This document shows positions 12,901 through 23,570 of a DNA stretch of 64,000 nucleotides, in pieces; within the stretch, counting starts at the first letter, position 1, and every line of letters begins with the position of its first letter. This DNA comes from Anthoceros angustus (taxonomy: Eukaryota > Plantae > Anthocerotophyta). The stretch covers positions 310,001 through 374,000 of the forward strand of contig VJWM01000108.1 in assembly GCA_010909165.1 (NCBI GenBank), written 5' to 3'. Both the position numbers and the translations under genes were made by a program. A model generated the notes under the pieces. The model ran no database searches. It was not told the origin of the DNA and saw only the letters and a list, made by a program, of their open reading frames with translations.

Positions 12901-13673
12901 TTCCCTGCGTCTCGCTGCAGCGCATCCTGCGACCAGGCCACGAATGCGTGGAGCTCCGTGGCCGTGTCCGGGCGGGTGAGGAGGCGGGCCAGGAGGAGGC
13001 CGGCCAGCTCCCGCATCGCGCCGGGGCTGTGGAGCAGGTCCTGGCAGATGGCCACCACGGTGCGCACCATGGGAGACGCCTCCTGAGCTGAAGATGCCGC
13101 CATGGTGTCCACGGACGCCATGTCGAAGGGGATGAGGACGAGGATGGAGAGCCAGAGCAGGAGCGTGCACTGCGTCTCCCATACCCCGGTGCTTTCCTCC
13201 CGCAGGCTGCTGCCGGTGCCGGGCCCGGCGCCATCCTGCTGCAAGCACCGCTGCAGCAGCGCCACGGCGGGCTCCAGATCCGCGGCCTGGTGCGGGAAGA
13301 ACTTGACAACCACCTTGTGCCCGCACACCGTCATGAGCGCGTGCACGATGCTGCACAGACGCCGCACGGTGCTCAGATCTGCGTCCGCCTGCCGCTCCCG
13401 CACCAGCAGCATGAGCGGAGGGATCATGGCCTCCAGATGCGGCTCCAGCAACTGCCCTTCCTCCTGGTACTTGTCGATCAGCGCCTGCGCTCTCTTGAAG
13501 ATCGCTGCCTCAGCCGTCCCCCGCCCCACCACGATGCTCCCCACCATCTCCTCCAGCGCCTTCCAATCCTGCACGAACGTGCGGTAGTGTCCCGCCGTCT
13601 CCACCCGCTCCTCGCCCTCCCCGTCCTCCATCTCTCCTTCCCACTCGCTCCTCCTCTCCTCCGCCATCGCCAT
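9987..13673 (-). CDS. TBCD: Tubulin-folding cofactor D (TBCD/TFCD, TITAN1 orthologue), intronless, 1228 aa
   Basis: Single ORF with diagnostic TBCD motifs: [114 protein letters not shown]. Likely start MAMAEE at 13673. Poly-Q from a (CAG)n tract near 12540-12562. Confidence 0.96.
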   Translation of the reverse strand: [1228 protein letters not shown]

Positions 13674-14263
13674 TTCTTTCACTCCACAGACAGCAACGAC
13701 AAGAACCGAAACACAAGCACATAAAGCAAGTATGTACCTATGGAATATCACTACGGCTAACTAAACTGTAAATACGACCCACATCGCAACGAGTGTTTTG
13801 GTTGGATAACAGAATAAGATTCAGGTGTCGAATGTTCCGAGTTTAGTGCATGTTGATGGACAATGTATGAGAGCTCATACAACCTTGCACACCGGACTTT
13901 CCTTTTCTTTTTTAGTCAATTTATCTTTTGCTCACCCATTATCCTGGCTCAGGTGATGAGCCTTAACGTATGGTAGCGGTTGTAATATGCACAAGAAGAA
14001 GAAATATTGAAAGATTTTTTAGGTAGATATTTTGTGACCACATTGGCTCACCATCCTACACAATGGACATCCTTTTCTTTTAAGACAACTAGCTAGCTAT
14101 CCATGTCTAAAGATTAAAAAATTCTCTAGGAACTATGGATAATAATTATCCAAGGGTTCTCTTTGATTGAAGATTCAAGCCCTTAAAACTTTATAGCATA
14201 CAACTTCTCACTAGGCTTTAAGAATCATAGCCATTTAAGCAAAACCTACTCTCATATACATTA

Positions 14264-14793
14264 TGTTGAGATGGGTTGTGAATTTCAGTGAACTGCCACT
14301 GCCAGTGAACTACTCCTGCCGCTACTAGTGAACTACTCCTGCCGCTACCAGTGAACTACTCCTGCCACTGCCAGTGAACTACTCCTGTCGTGAGCTATAA
14401 CTCTTTGTTCATCCCAAGTTCTCTCGTTATGCAAGTTGCATACATTGTGACCCTATTGCCTAGACCTGCAATGCAACGTCTTGCTCGACACTCTAGTAAA
14501 ATTTCTTATTGCAACGTCTTGCTCGACACTCTAATAAAATTGCTTATTGCAACATCTTGCTCGACACTCTAGTAAGATTGCTTATTGCTGGAGACCCTAG
14601 TTCTTAATGACACCTAATGCATTTGTTCTCCTCTTTTGTCCCACCCCAACAAGTTTGTCTGTTTGATAATAGCTTCTCAATGAACGATCTAGAATCAATG
14701 GTTGGAGAGTGAAAAGGGGGTGCATGTATTCCATGCGAAGGCAGATATCAACTCCCCTAATATCGGATTCGAGAACGTTTTGGAGATTTCTCA
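14264..14793. mobile_element. Probable solo LTR
   Basis: TG...CA termini (TGTTGAGA...TTTCTCA) with near-TSD CATTA/CCTTA. Internal ~22-bp (CAGTGAACTACTCCTGCC..) and ~38-bp (TGCAACGTCTTGCTCGACACTCTAG..) tandem repeats; no coding capacity. Confidence 0.4.
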
Positions 14794-15099
14794 CCTTAAG
14801 CTAATAATTGTCAATTTTTAAAGGTGGGAAAATAATACAACTAAGTACAATACTTTGCAAAGGGTTTGTAGTGAAGATACATACTACTCGTATAACGTTG
14901 TGTTACTCGAAACATACTTATGTCAATAGGAAATGTGTATGCGTACGTTGTGTTCCATGAAACTCAAAACATACTTATGTCAATAGGAAATGTGAATGCG
15001 TACATTGTGTTCCATAAAACCGTTTCCATATTAGGCAGCAGCGAGTGCAAAGGAGAGATAGAGGACCCGCTCCTCGCCCTCCTCTCCTCTGTCTCTCTT

Positions 15100-15420
15100 G
15101 AAACCAACTCTGCACAGGTAATCACTAACTGTCCAAGTTGGGTTGCTGTCAGAGCGGCGATTCTCAAAGTCAAGATATATAGCGGGATGGAAACGGGCCA
15201 CCAATTCATTCCTCTCGCCCTCGAAACGCATGGGGCAATGACTAAGGATTTCAATGCATTTATCAAATCTTGCGCCAAAGTTTATTACGCCCGCAATCAC
15301 GGTATGAGGCTGATCCTTTCCTACGTCACTACGTTCTTTAAACAGCGGGTCTCAATTGCTCTTCAATGGGTCTTTTCCACGATGATCATCCACATAGAGG
15401 CAATAGTAGGTGATGCATCC
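15100..15420 (+). mobile_element. Relic of RLE (restriction-like endonuclease) domain of a CRE-like non-LTR retrotransposon
   Basis: Translation AAILKVKIYSGMETGHQFIPLALETHGAMTKDFNAFIK...FFKQRVSIALQ matches the K..KY / FxPxxxETxG / QRxSxAxQ pattern of RLE-type elements. Confidence 0.7.
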
Positions 15421-16029
15421 TCCTCTTCCTTAACTATTTGTAGGCCATTTATTCTTCCTAAATACAACATTGTAGGTGCAGTCAGTGTCTTTCAGTAGGG
15501 AGCTTTGCTGTTACTTTTCACCACGACCCCTAGGGTCGCCCTTGGTTGTTCTCTGCATGATGAGCTTTCCCCAGTAAATTTTTCCCTCAATAGACATTGG
15601 CTTTTCATATTATTCCATTGTGTCTCACACGTTTGGTTTCCAAACTTTACGTTTTCATTTCAAAGACATTCTTTTATTTTCTTTTTGTTAATGACCTTTC
15701 CTAATGCTCTCATAACTCTAATTTCAGGTGGCTAGAGTTGTTGGGGTTATTTAGTTAACCCTCTTGGATTATTTAATTAACCTATCACTAATTAATGATT
15801 TAACCTCAGGTTAGATGACTTATGTATAAAAGACTAATTTTTTCATATTCAATTAATTATCTCTTGCATTTTTTTCCGTTTGTAAGAGGTCTTTTGCAAT
15901 TTAACATGGTATGAGAGCCATCGAAAACTCTACAACTAGTATGACTGGGACAATTTGTTGCTCTAAGTACACTGGTAGGCATACATCCTCTGATGCATGT
16001 GTCCTGGTATGTTTAATGAACATTTGCCT

Positions 16030-16200
16030 CTACACATTCTCCAGGTTCATCAAGGCCTGTGCCAAGAAATACCACAACCGCAAGAATGGGGTTGGTCTCC
16101 CCCTTTCCTATATGATGGCTTTCTTCACCCTGTAGAGGACATTGACCAACGTAGTGTACAGGATGGCAACAAGCGTAGGGGATGCAGCATCTTCGACACC
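16030..16200 (+). mobile_element. Second RLE-element fragment
   Basis: RFIKACAKKYHNRKNGVGLPLSYMMAFF parallels AFIKSCAKVYYARNHGMRLILSYVTTFF of the 15.2-kb relic. Confidence 0.5.
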
Positions 16201-16497
16201 AACGGGAGGTAGGCCCTTTCATATCCCCGGTCGCGACATTCTTAGCACAACGGGTAAATCCGAGATAGGCGATCATGGGGGCTAGTGCTTGTGCCCTCCA
16301 GAGGATTGTTCCCCTTTGTCTTAGGATAGATGGTATTTCGTATCTTTTTTTCTTACATAAAGTCTCCACGTTTCCCCTACACATTCAGCAGCAGATCAGA
16401 TGGTCCTAACTATGAATCGAGAAATTTCTAGAAAAAAATTTCACTACTCTTTAGAAATGGTAGCAGATGTGATGGTTACTCACCTACACGGTGAATA

Positions 16498-16665
16498 CAC
16501 ATTCCTAAACCATCCAGGTTGGGGAGTAGCTGGAGCAACGGCTTTCAAGGTTACTAAGTATAGGGGAATGCGGACTGGCCACTTCTTCATCTTGCATGCC
16601 TTGGAAACTTATGGGGGATTGGCTAAAGACTTTAATAAATTTATCAAGGTCTTTCATTCAAATTT
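16498..16665 (+). mobile_element. Third RLE-element fragment
   Basis: HPGWGVAGATAFKVTKYRGMRTGHFFILHALETYGGLAKDFNKFIK. Confidence 0.65.
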
Positions 16666-16855
16666 AAAATGTTGACAAGGTTAAGTTTTTGTATGATTGT
16701 TTTGCCCTTCCTATTTCATTTGGAGTTGGTCTAATTCTGTGCTTTTGGCAGATTTCGAACCCATCTACTAAAGATGCAATCTCAGCCACCAATTTGAGCA
16801 GCCTTACAATTCCACATTTCAACATTGATAATGCAGTGCCCCCTCAGTTGCAGGC

Positions 16856-18092
16856 TATCGTGCCAAATGAGTGTGATGAAATGTCTGAGGTGCAACAGGA
16901 CAGAAATGTGGCCATATCGCCATCTTTGGATATGGTATTGCAGAATGGGAATGGCATTGGAAATTCAAAGTTTTGAGAAGCGTCTTGCTGATATCTCCCG
17001 AGAACGGGAGTTAGATAGAGAGAAACAAGAAAGGAGTTTCAATGGCAAAAAGATTTAGGGATACTGATTGAGAGGCAGAGGCGCAAAGCTGTTAAACTAC
17101 GAGTGTCCAAGCAAAGAGAAAGCTCTTGAGATTCAGAGGCGAAAAAATATGGAAAGAAGACAAGAACACTTGAAACATCAAGAAAAACTCAAACAGCAGC
17201 AGAAAGAGCAGGAAGAAATGCGAAGACTGCAGTGGGAAAGGCAACAGAAGCATAAGATATTACTTTTAGAAGAGTGAAAACTAATGTTTGTGTTTGATTA
17301 GGTTGTGACCTTACAGGAAGATGAACAATTTCTTCGAAGCCCTCAGTTTCATCAATTTCTGGCCAACTATGATAATGTTGGACAAGTTGTGCCAATCAAA
17401 CCAAGTGGTCGTGAAAATTACATTTTCAATTTGTACAATTGTACAGTCAATTTTCCGAAATAAGGTGAGTATCTTTGCTTAAGTATCGTGCCAAATGAGT
17501 GTGATGAAATGTCTGAGGTGCAACAGGACAGAAATGTGGCCATATCGCCATCTTTGGATATGGTATTGCAGAATGGGAATGGCATTGGAAATTCAAAGTT
17601 TTGAGAAGCGTCTTGCTGATATCTCCCGAGAACGGGAGTTAGATAGAGAGAAACAAGAAAGGAGTTTCAATGGCAAAAAGATTTAGGGATCTTGATTGAG
17701 GCGGGCGCAAAGTTAAACTACGAGTGTCCAAGCAAAGAGAAAGCTCTTGAGATTCAGAGGCGAAAAAATATGGAAAGAAGACAAGAACACTTGAAACATC
17801 AAGAAAAACTCAAACAGCAGCAGAAAGAGCAGGAAGAAATGCGAAGACTGCAGTGGGAAAGGCAACTGAAGCATAAGATATTACTTTTAGAAGAGTGAAA
17901 ACTAATGTTTGTGTTTGATTAGGTTGTGACCTTACGGGAAGATGAACAATTTCTTGAAGCCCTCGGTTTCATCAACTTTGATAATGTTGGACAAGTTGTG
18001 CCAATCAAACCAAGTGGTCGTGAAAATTACATTTTCAATTTGTACAATTGTACAGTCAATTTTCCGAAATAAGGTGAGTATCTTTGCTTAAG
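16856..18092 (+). repeat. Direct tandem duplication, unit ~628 bp (16856-17483 / 17484-18092), of exon-like sequence encoding a Q/E/K/R-rich coiled coil
   Basis: Near-identical copies starting TATCGTGCCAAATGAGTG. Both give YECPSKEKALEIQRRKNMERRQEHLKHQEKLKQQQKEQEE; copy 2 has small deletions. Confidence 0.9.
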
Positions 18093-18627
18093 TATCTGTG
18101 CGTCCATTACTTAATATTTTCAGTGTGCCCGCTAGTTATATGCCTAATTTACATTTTTTATGTAGGTTTCAGTGTTCCATTAATGGGGATCAATCTATTC
18201 TGGTATTTACTCTACATTATTTTAATTTGTATTTCATGCCATACTGGATATACAAGAAGAAACTCTGCAAAGAAAAAATTTCTTTGTCGGTCTTTTGTAT
18301 ATCCTGGATCCGCATAAATATTGCTTAACAGAATATGTTTTACTGCCATATTAGCGATTTGGTGGAATATCTAGAATAAGCTTCTACTTAGATTTACCTG
18401 GTATTCACTTGGTGGCCCATTTTTTCTACCTTGCTGTCGTGGTTTCGACATTGATGGTGAAGTATTTTCACCTATCATGGCACATTTTCTACTCTCTTGT
18501 TATAAATTTTACCCTACTCAGCAAAACAATGACCAATTGGTCAATTCTCTCTCTATAATCTACCTCCTACTCTCGCAAAAAAAACAAGCGAGTGCATCAA
18601 GGCCCTAGACGAGGCCGCGACTTTACG

Positions 18628-18900
18628 TATTCCTAAACCATCCAGGTTGGGGAGTAGCTGGAGCAACGGCTTTCAAGATTACTCAGTATAGGGGAATGCG
18701 GACGGGGCACTTCTTCATCCTGCCTGCCTTGGAAACTTATGAGGCATTGGCTAAAGACTTTAATAAATTTATCAAAAGTCTTGTGCCAAAGCATACCAAG
18801 CAAGGAGATCTTCTATTTCACTATGTTCTTTCTTGCCCGGCAAAGATACGGCTATCTTATAGCCACCATAAGATAGCCACCAGCCATGGCTAAAGATGCA
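18628..18900 (+). mobile_element. Fourth RLE-element fragment (near copy of 16498-16665)
   Basis: ATTCCTAAACCATCCAGGTTGGGGAGTAGCTGGAGCAACGGC shared with 16500; translation MRTGHFFILPALETYEALAKDFNKFIK. Confidence 0.65.
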
Positions 18901-19347
18901 TCCTCGGTAAGCCAATCAAATCTCCTAATTATGACATTGTTGTCCCAAATCATGACATTGTAGGCACAATAGATGACTTTAAACACGAAGCTTAGTTGTG
19001 ATTTTACACATGGAGCTTAGTGCCTCGTGACTTTACACACGGAGCTTAGTGGCTCCTCCTTTATTAGACCCTTGGGGTCTCCCTTGGATGTCGTGAGTAC
19101 ATGGGTTCACCCATCTCTCTTTCTTTCTTTAATGGAAACTTCATTCATATATGGTGGGTACCTACGCTATGAGTCTCTCCACCACCTTCCCACAAGAACC
19201 TTGTTTTCTTTCTGGCGAATCACAAGACCCTTGTGGCCCAAGCTGGACCAACGGCTGTCATCAGTCAACCTGGGCTTTCGCAGGGGTACATAACCCTAGG
19301 CTTCGTCTGTCCATCCTCCTCCCTTAAGAGACTCATGAATTCGTTCC

Positions 19348-21498
19348 ATGCAGCAGCGATCGTTGGGGAGGGTTGAAGAGCAAATGGAGACACCCGCGGC
19401 AGCTCCATCCGAAGAGCCAGTTCCTGCGCAGGAGCACAGTAACGGGCATGGGAAAGATGCTGACAGGACAGCAGGAGATGGCGCGGGTGACGAGTTCGTG
19501 GTTTGCAACGGCGGGTCCGGCGAATCACAAGATGCATCCTCCCAGGCTGATGACAGGATTCAGAAGCTGACGCAGGAGCTCGCACAGGCTCGGAAGCAGT
19601 GGCAGGAGGACATCAGAGCACGAGATGACAAGTATGCAGAGCTGGACACCAAATTCGGGCGACTGCAGAAACGCGCGAAGCACCGGATTCAGGAAGTGCA
19701 GAAGGAGAAGGAGGAGCTGGAAGCGCGTGTTTCGGCAGCAGAGGATCAGGCAGCGCAGGCCACAACCGAGCAGTCTGCCTTGAAAAAGGATCTTGAAACG
19801 GCCAGGGCGCAGGTGCAGCAGTTGGAGAGCTCCACCTTGAGGCTCAGCAATGAGATCGAGGACATGCGGCGGGGATTGGATGCCAAGGAGCATAGCCTTG
19901 CCGAATCTCGTCGCATTGCGTCTGAGAAAGATCAAGCAGCTCTGGAGATGGCATCGGCTATGAAAGAGGCTGAGGAGAAGCATCAAACTGTGGTTGCGGA
20001 GCTGGCTGAGAAACACCGCAAGGCGTTGGAAGCTGTGGAAGCTCGGCTGAGTGATGCTGTGAAAGACGTAATTGGAGCATCCAAGGAGCGGGCAAAGCTC
20101 GCCGAAACGATATCAGATCTGCAGCTCCAGCTCGCGGACAGGGAATCCAAGCTCGCGGAATTAGATGCGGCGTCCAGCGGAGAAGCTGTGAGACTTGGTG
20201 CCTTGCTGGAAGGTACTAAGGGGGAGCTTGCAAGGCTTGAGCAGGAGCATAGGAATGCTCAGGAGACGTGGGAGGCGACTGTGGCAAAGCTGAATGCTAA
20301 GCTGGAGCAGGCTGAAAAGTCTCGTCTTGCTCAAGAAAGTGCCGCATTCGAGACGAAGAGCTGGCTGGAATCTGAATTGCAGCAACAGCGGCAGGTCATT
20401 TGCGGGCTTGAAGCAGATCTGGTGGAAGCAAAGGAAGAGACTGCCCATCTAGCAAAGGAGATGGCATCCTACAAGGTGCGGGCTCATGCTCTGCTGCAGA
20501 AGAAGGAAGCAGAGCTCATGGCTGCCGTCGATGCTGACCTGATTGCTGCTCAAGAGGAAGCCCTTCAGGAAGCTCAAAGGCAGGCTGCTGCAGCAGCCAC
20601 AGAGAAGGATCAGGCCTTGAAAACGCTGAAGGAGGCCATTGATGATTATGAAACACAACTGTCTACAAGGGAAATGGCGCTTATGGATGCAGAGCAGCGA
20701 ATCCGTGACATTGCCACAAAGCTGGAGCTTGCCAAAGGTCAGTTGGTGTCTCAGCGGGAGGAAGCGGACAGCCATTTCCGTGAACTGGAAGCTACCTGGC
20801 GTTCCCGTTGTGACGCACTAGAGGCGAAGGTGAAAGGCTTGGATGTGAGCAATGAACTGGCTTTGGTTCGGTCTAATCTCGACAGGCTGCAGGATGAGTA
20901 TGACTCCTTTCGAGCGATGGCTACCAATATGATGGAAGCCAAAGATCAGGAGATATCACGGTTGCTCGACCACAACACTAACCTTCAGAGGTCTATTCAG
21001 GCCCAACCACTAGCATCCAGTGTGGCAATCGAGAAGATAGTCTCGGAGCCCCAAGACTTGTCAGTATCGGTCGTTGCTGCAGCGGAGCAGCAAATACTGG
21101 TGTTGGCCAGGCAGCAGGCTCAACGAGAGGAGGAAGTTGCCCAGTGTCGCCGCCATATCCAGGCTTTGCAGGAAGAGATTGCTGAGCTAGAGCGGGAAAA
21201 TAGACTTCATGGTCAACAGGAAGCCATGCTCAAGGAAGAGCTTCGGAATGTGGAAAGAGCTAACAAGCGCGATGGTGTGGACCTCACATACCTGAAGAAC
21301 GTCATCCTCAAGTTGCTGGAAACTGGAGAAGTGGAGGTTCTTCTTCCGGTTGTGGCGATGCTGTTGCAGTTCAGCCCTGACGAGGTTAGACGGTGTCAAG
21401 AAGCTTATGGAGCTGCACCTGAGACGCCCTCCACAGTAGATCTTGCAGCTTCAACTCCACGGTCCATTCTCTCTAGACTGAGCTTCAGTGCGAGGTAG
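19348..21498 (+). CDS. GRIP: GRIP-domain coiled-coil golgin (AtGRIP-like), intronless, 716 aa
   Basis: Long heptad coiled coil. C-terminal GRIP domain GVDLTYLKNVILKLLETGEVEVLLPVVAMLLQFSPDEVRRC; conserved SYKVRAHALLQKK and AEQQILVLARQQAQREEE. Confidence 0.93.
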   Translation: MQQRSLGRVEEQMETPAAAPSEEPVPAQEHSNGHGKDADRTAGDGAGDEFVVCNGGSGESQDASSQADDRIQKLTQELAQARKQWQEDIRARDDKYAELDTKFGRLQKRAKHRIQEVQKEKEELEARVSAAEDQAAQATTEQSALKKDLETARAQVQQLESSTLRLSNEIEDMRRGLDAKEHSLAESRRIASEKDQAALEMASAMKEAEEKHQTVVAELAEKHRKALEAVEARLSDAVKDVIGASKERAKLAETISDLQLQLADRESKLAELDAASSGEAVRLGALLEGTKGELARLEQEHRNAQETWEATVAKLNAKLEQAEKSRLAQESAAFETKSWLESELQQQRQVICGLEADLVEAKEETAHLAKEMASYKVRAHALLQKKEAELMAAVDADLIAAQEEALQEAQRQAAAAATEKDQALKTLKEAIDDYETQLSTREMALMDAEQRIRDIATKLELAKGQLVSQREEADSHFRELEATWRSRCDALEAKVKGLDVSNELALVRSNLDRLQDEYDSFRAMATNMMEAKDQEISRLLDHNTNLQRSIQAQPLASSVAIEKIVSEPQDLSVSVVAAAEQQILVLARQQAQREEEVAQCRRHIQALQEEIAELERENRLHGQQEAMLKEELRNVERANKRDGVDLTYLKNVILKLLETGEVEVLLPVVAMLLQFSPDEVRRCQEAYGAAPETPSTVDLAASTPRSILSRLSFSAR

Positions 21499-22609
21499 CC
21501 CTGTATGGCTATGCCTCTTGGATGCAGGGTGTAGCTCACCAGACTACAAGGTCGTGGATTGCTTGTTAGCTGCTATTTGTCCTCGTAGGCCCTACCCATT
21601 TCCTGTCAAAGTCAGATGATCCTGGCGTGAACGGATTTAGGAACCTCCGCGCTTGGTGACATCTCACTATTCAAATGGATCTCCAGGCGACTCTCACTTT
21701 GAAGGCATCCAGACATCCTGGCCGGCATGGTATGCACAGGCTTTGCTGTCTGGAATATTTCAACGAATTGGACATACGGAACCAAGTCCAAGTTTGAGCA
21801 AGGTTCAGCATTTTCTCCAGGTTTTTGGACAGACTGAACCAATCTTACTTTCAGTGAGTTCCGCATTTTTATCCTGGTTTTTGGACACACTGAAGCAAGT
21901 CCAAGTTTCAGGAGGAAAGCAAGCTCTATTGCATCGACGTTCCCCTCCATGTTTCCTTTTCTATGAGGGCAGGTTCTCGCGTGTGGAGTTGAGGGGACAT
22001 GAACGGCATGTGTTTTGATACATTCATTTCCAGCTGTTATTGGCTTGTGCCATCACTTCCCTTATCTGTTCAGCACTGCGAGCCTTAAATACTGTTTCCA
22101 TAATCATCATTCGGCGAACTACATGTGATCTAAGTAGGAGTAAAGAGATAGATAGGGGTAAACAAGTGTGTTATCCTGCAGTTCATGCAGTTGGGTAGTT
22201 GCCCATGTAGACCAGTTAGGAAAATAGTTATCATGTCCTGTATATAAAACTCTTCTCCCATTAATTCAATCTGCCTCTCTTGTGTATCTGTTTTTGGTCG
22301 CATTTCCGTTCGCTCACTTTGGCACCGTCAAGCACCCATCCTGCATCCTGCAGGGAGATGGTGCTAAGAATCCACGCAACTGGATTTCTTTAAGTTGACA
22401 TCTGTGACACAAACCTGGAAGCAGCCTCACAAATGGGTTGGAAGATAGTGATCACAATGAAGGATTCAGCTTTGTCTTTTGTCACTGCCCTCAGAAAATT
22501 TCTGCAGTGTGCGTTAGGAGAGTACGTGAGGCATTTCAAAGTTTTAGCGGCTGCTCACAACAGGGTAGAGTCACGACCATGAGACACTTTCGTGAGGAAG
22601 TCTAAAATT

Positions 22610-23570
22610 TGGAGGTCCAGAGCTCGTCTATGGTCCACCATGCTGATAGCATGTGCCAGGACGTCTCAAGTGTTTTTCTCACCTTTCAAACAAGGAAGGT
22701 CGTCCGTCATATTGCAGTCCTCAGACACAAAGTTCTTGGGTATTTCTCTATGCATGCTCTTTCTGATGAAGACATAAGCATATGGCTGTCCGAACACACA
22801 CGCAGAGCGCAGAGCGTAACCATATAGTATGGAGTTGCTGAACTTCGAGGATTTCGTGAAGATGAAAAAGGATTTTTTACTCATTCTGGACTCCTGTAGA
22901 CGAGCGAGTTTTAGTATGCTTGCAGAAAAGGACCCTCTGCGGAGACCAAGAAACACACCAAGATTCTCTTCAGCACGGTGGCCTCAGCTGGCCGCCAATG
23001 TGTGAAACGTTCTGGCGCTTTCGACTGTGTGATCGATGAAGCCTCAAAGCTGTATGTTTTGTACACATGTTCCCAGTTGCCAACCTGTGGTGTTGGATGA
23101 AGTAGGGCATTCTTGTGCTCAAAGACCACCATCTGAAGCACAAAACTGGACATTCTTGCGTTTAGAGACCAACATCTTGGTGCTAAGAGCCCTACTTCAT
23201 CAAGTGGTGATTTGCGGCAATGGAAGCAGGGTGCAGAACTTTGGAGATGGAGCACTTGTTGGGACCGGAGAGGGAATAGACCTCCGGACCAATGCAGTAC
23301 TGGAGAGAATTCATCTACCCCGCAGGCTGAGCGGATTGGTGGGCGCTTTCTCGGGCTACAAGAAGTGCGACGAGGCTCTCAGCAACTTGCTGGAATGTGC
23401 GTTAGAAAAAGATGAGAGGCACGGACGATCCTCACAGAGCCCTGACAACGGCGAGGAGCCACGATCATTAGTCACTCTCGTCAAGAAGGACTTGAAGGAC
23501 CTCAGTTCCTCCGTGATCCGCCATGGCCCCAGTCTATTCCAGGACATGCCAAGTCTTTCTTACCTCTGAA
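22610..23570 (+). pseudogene. Decayed superfamily-1 (UPF1/SEN1/DNA2-NAM7-like) helicase fragment
   Basis: Motif-like pieces in order, across frames and stops: ELVYGPP (motif I, ~22620), KILFSTVASAGR (~22960), FDCV-IDEASKL (motif II, ~23020), QLP/QPVV (motif III, ~23075). Confidence 0.45.

Noticed and set aside
10512-13587. Long overlapping ORFs (522 aa at 10512-12080 and several of 140-240 aa) on both strands within TBCD
   Set aside because: Shadow frames produced by very high GC3; low-complexity A/R/P/G-rich translations with no family motifs.
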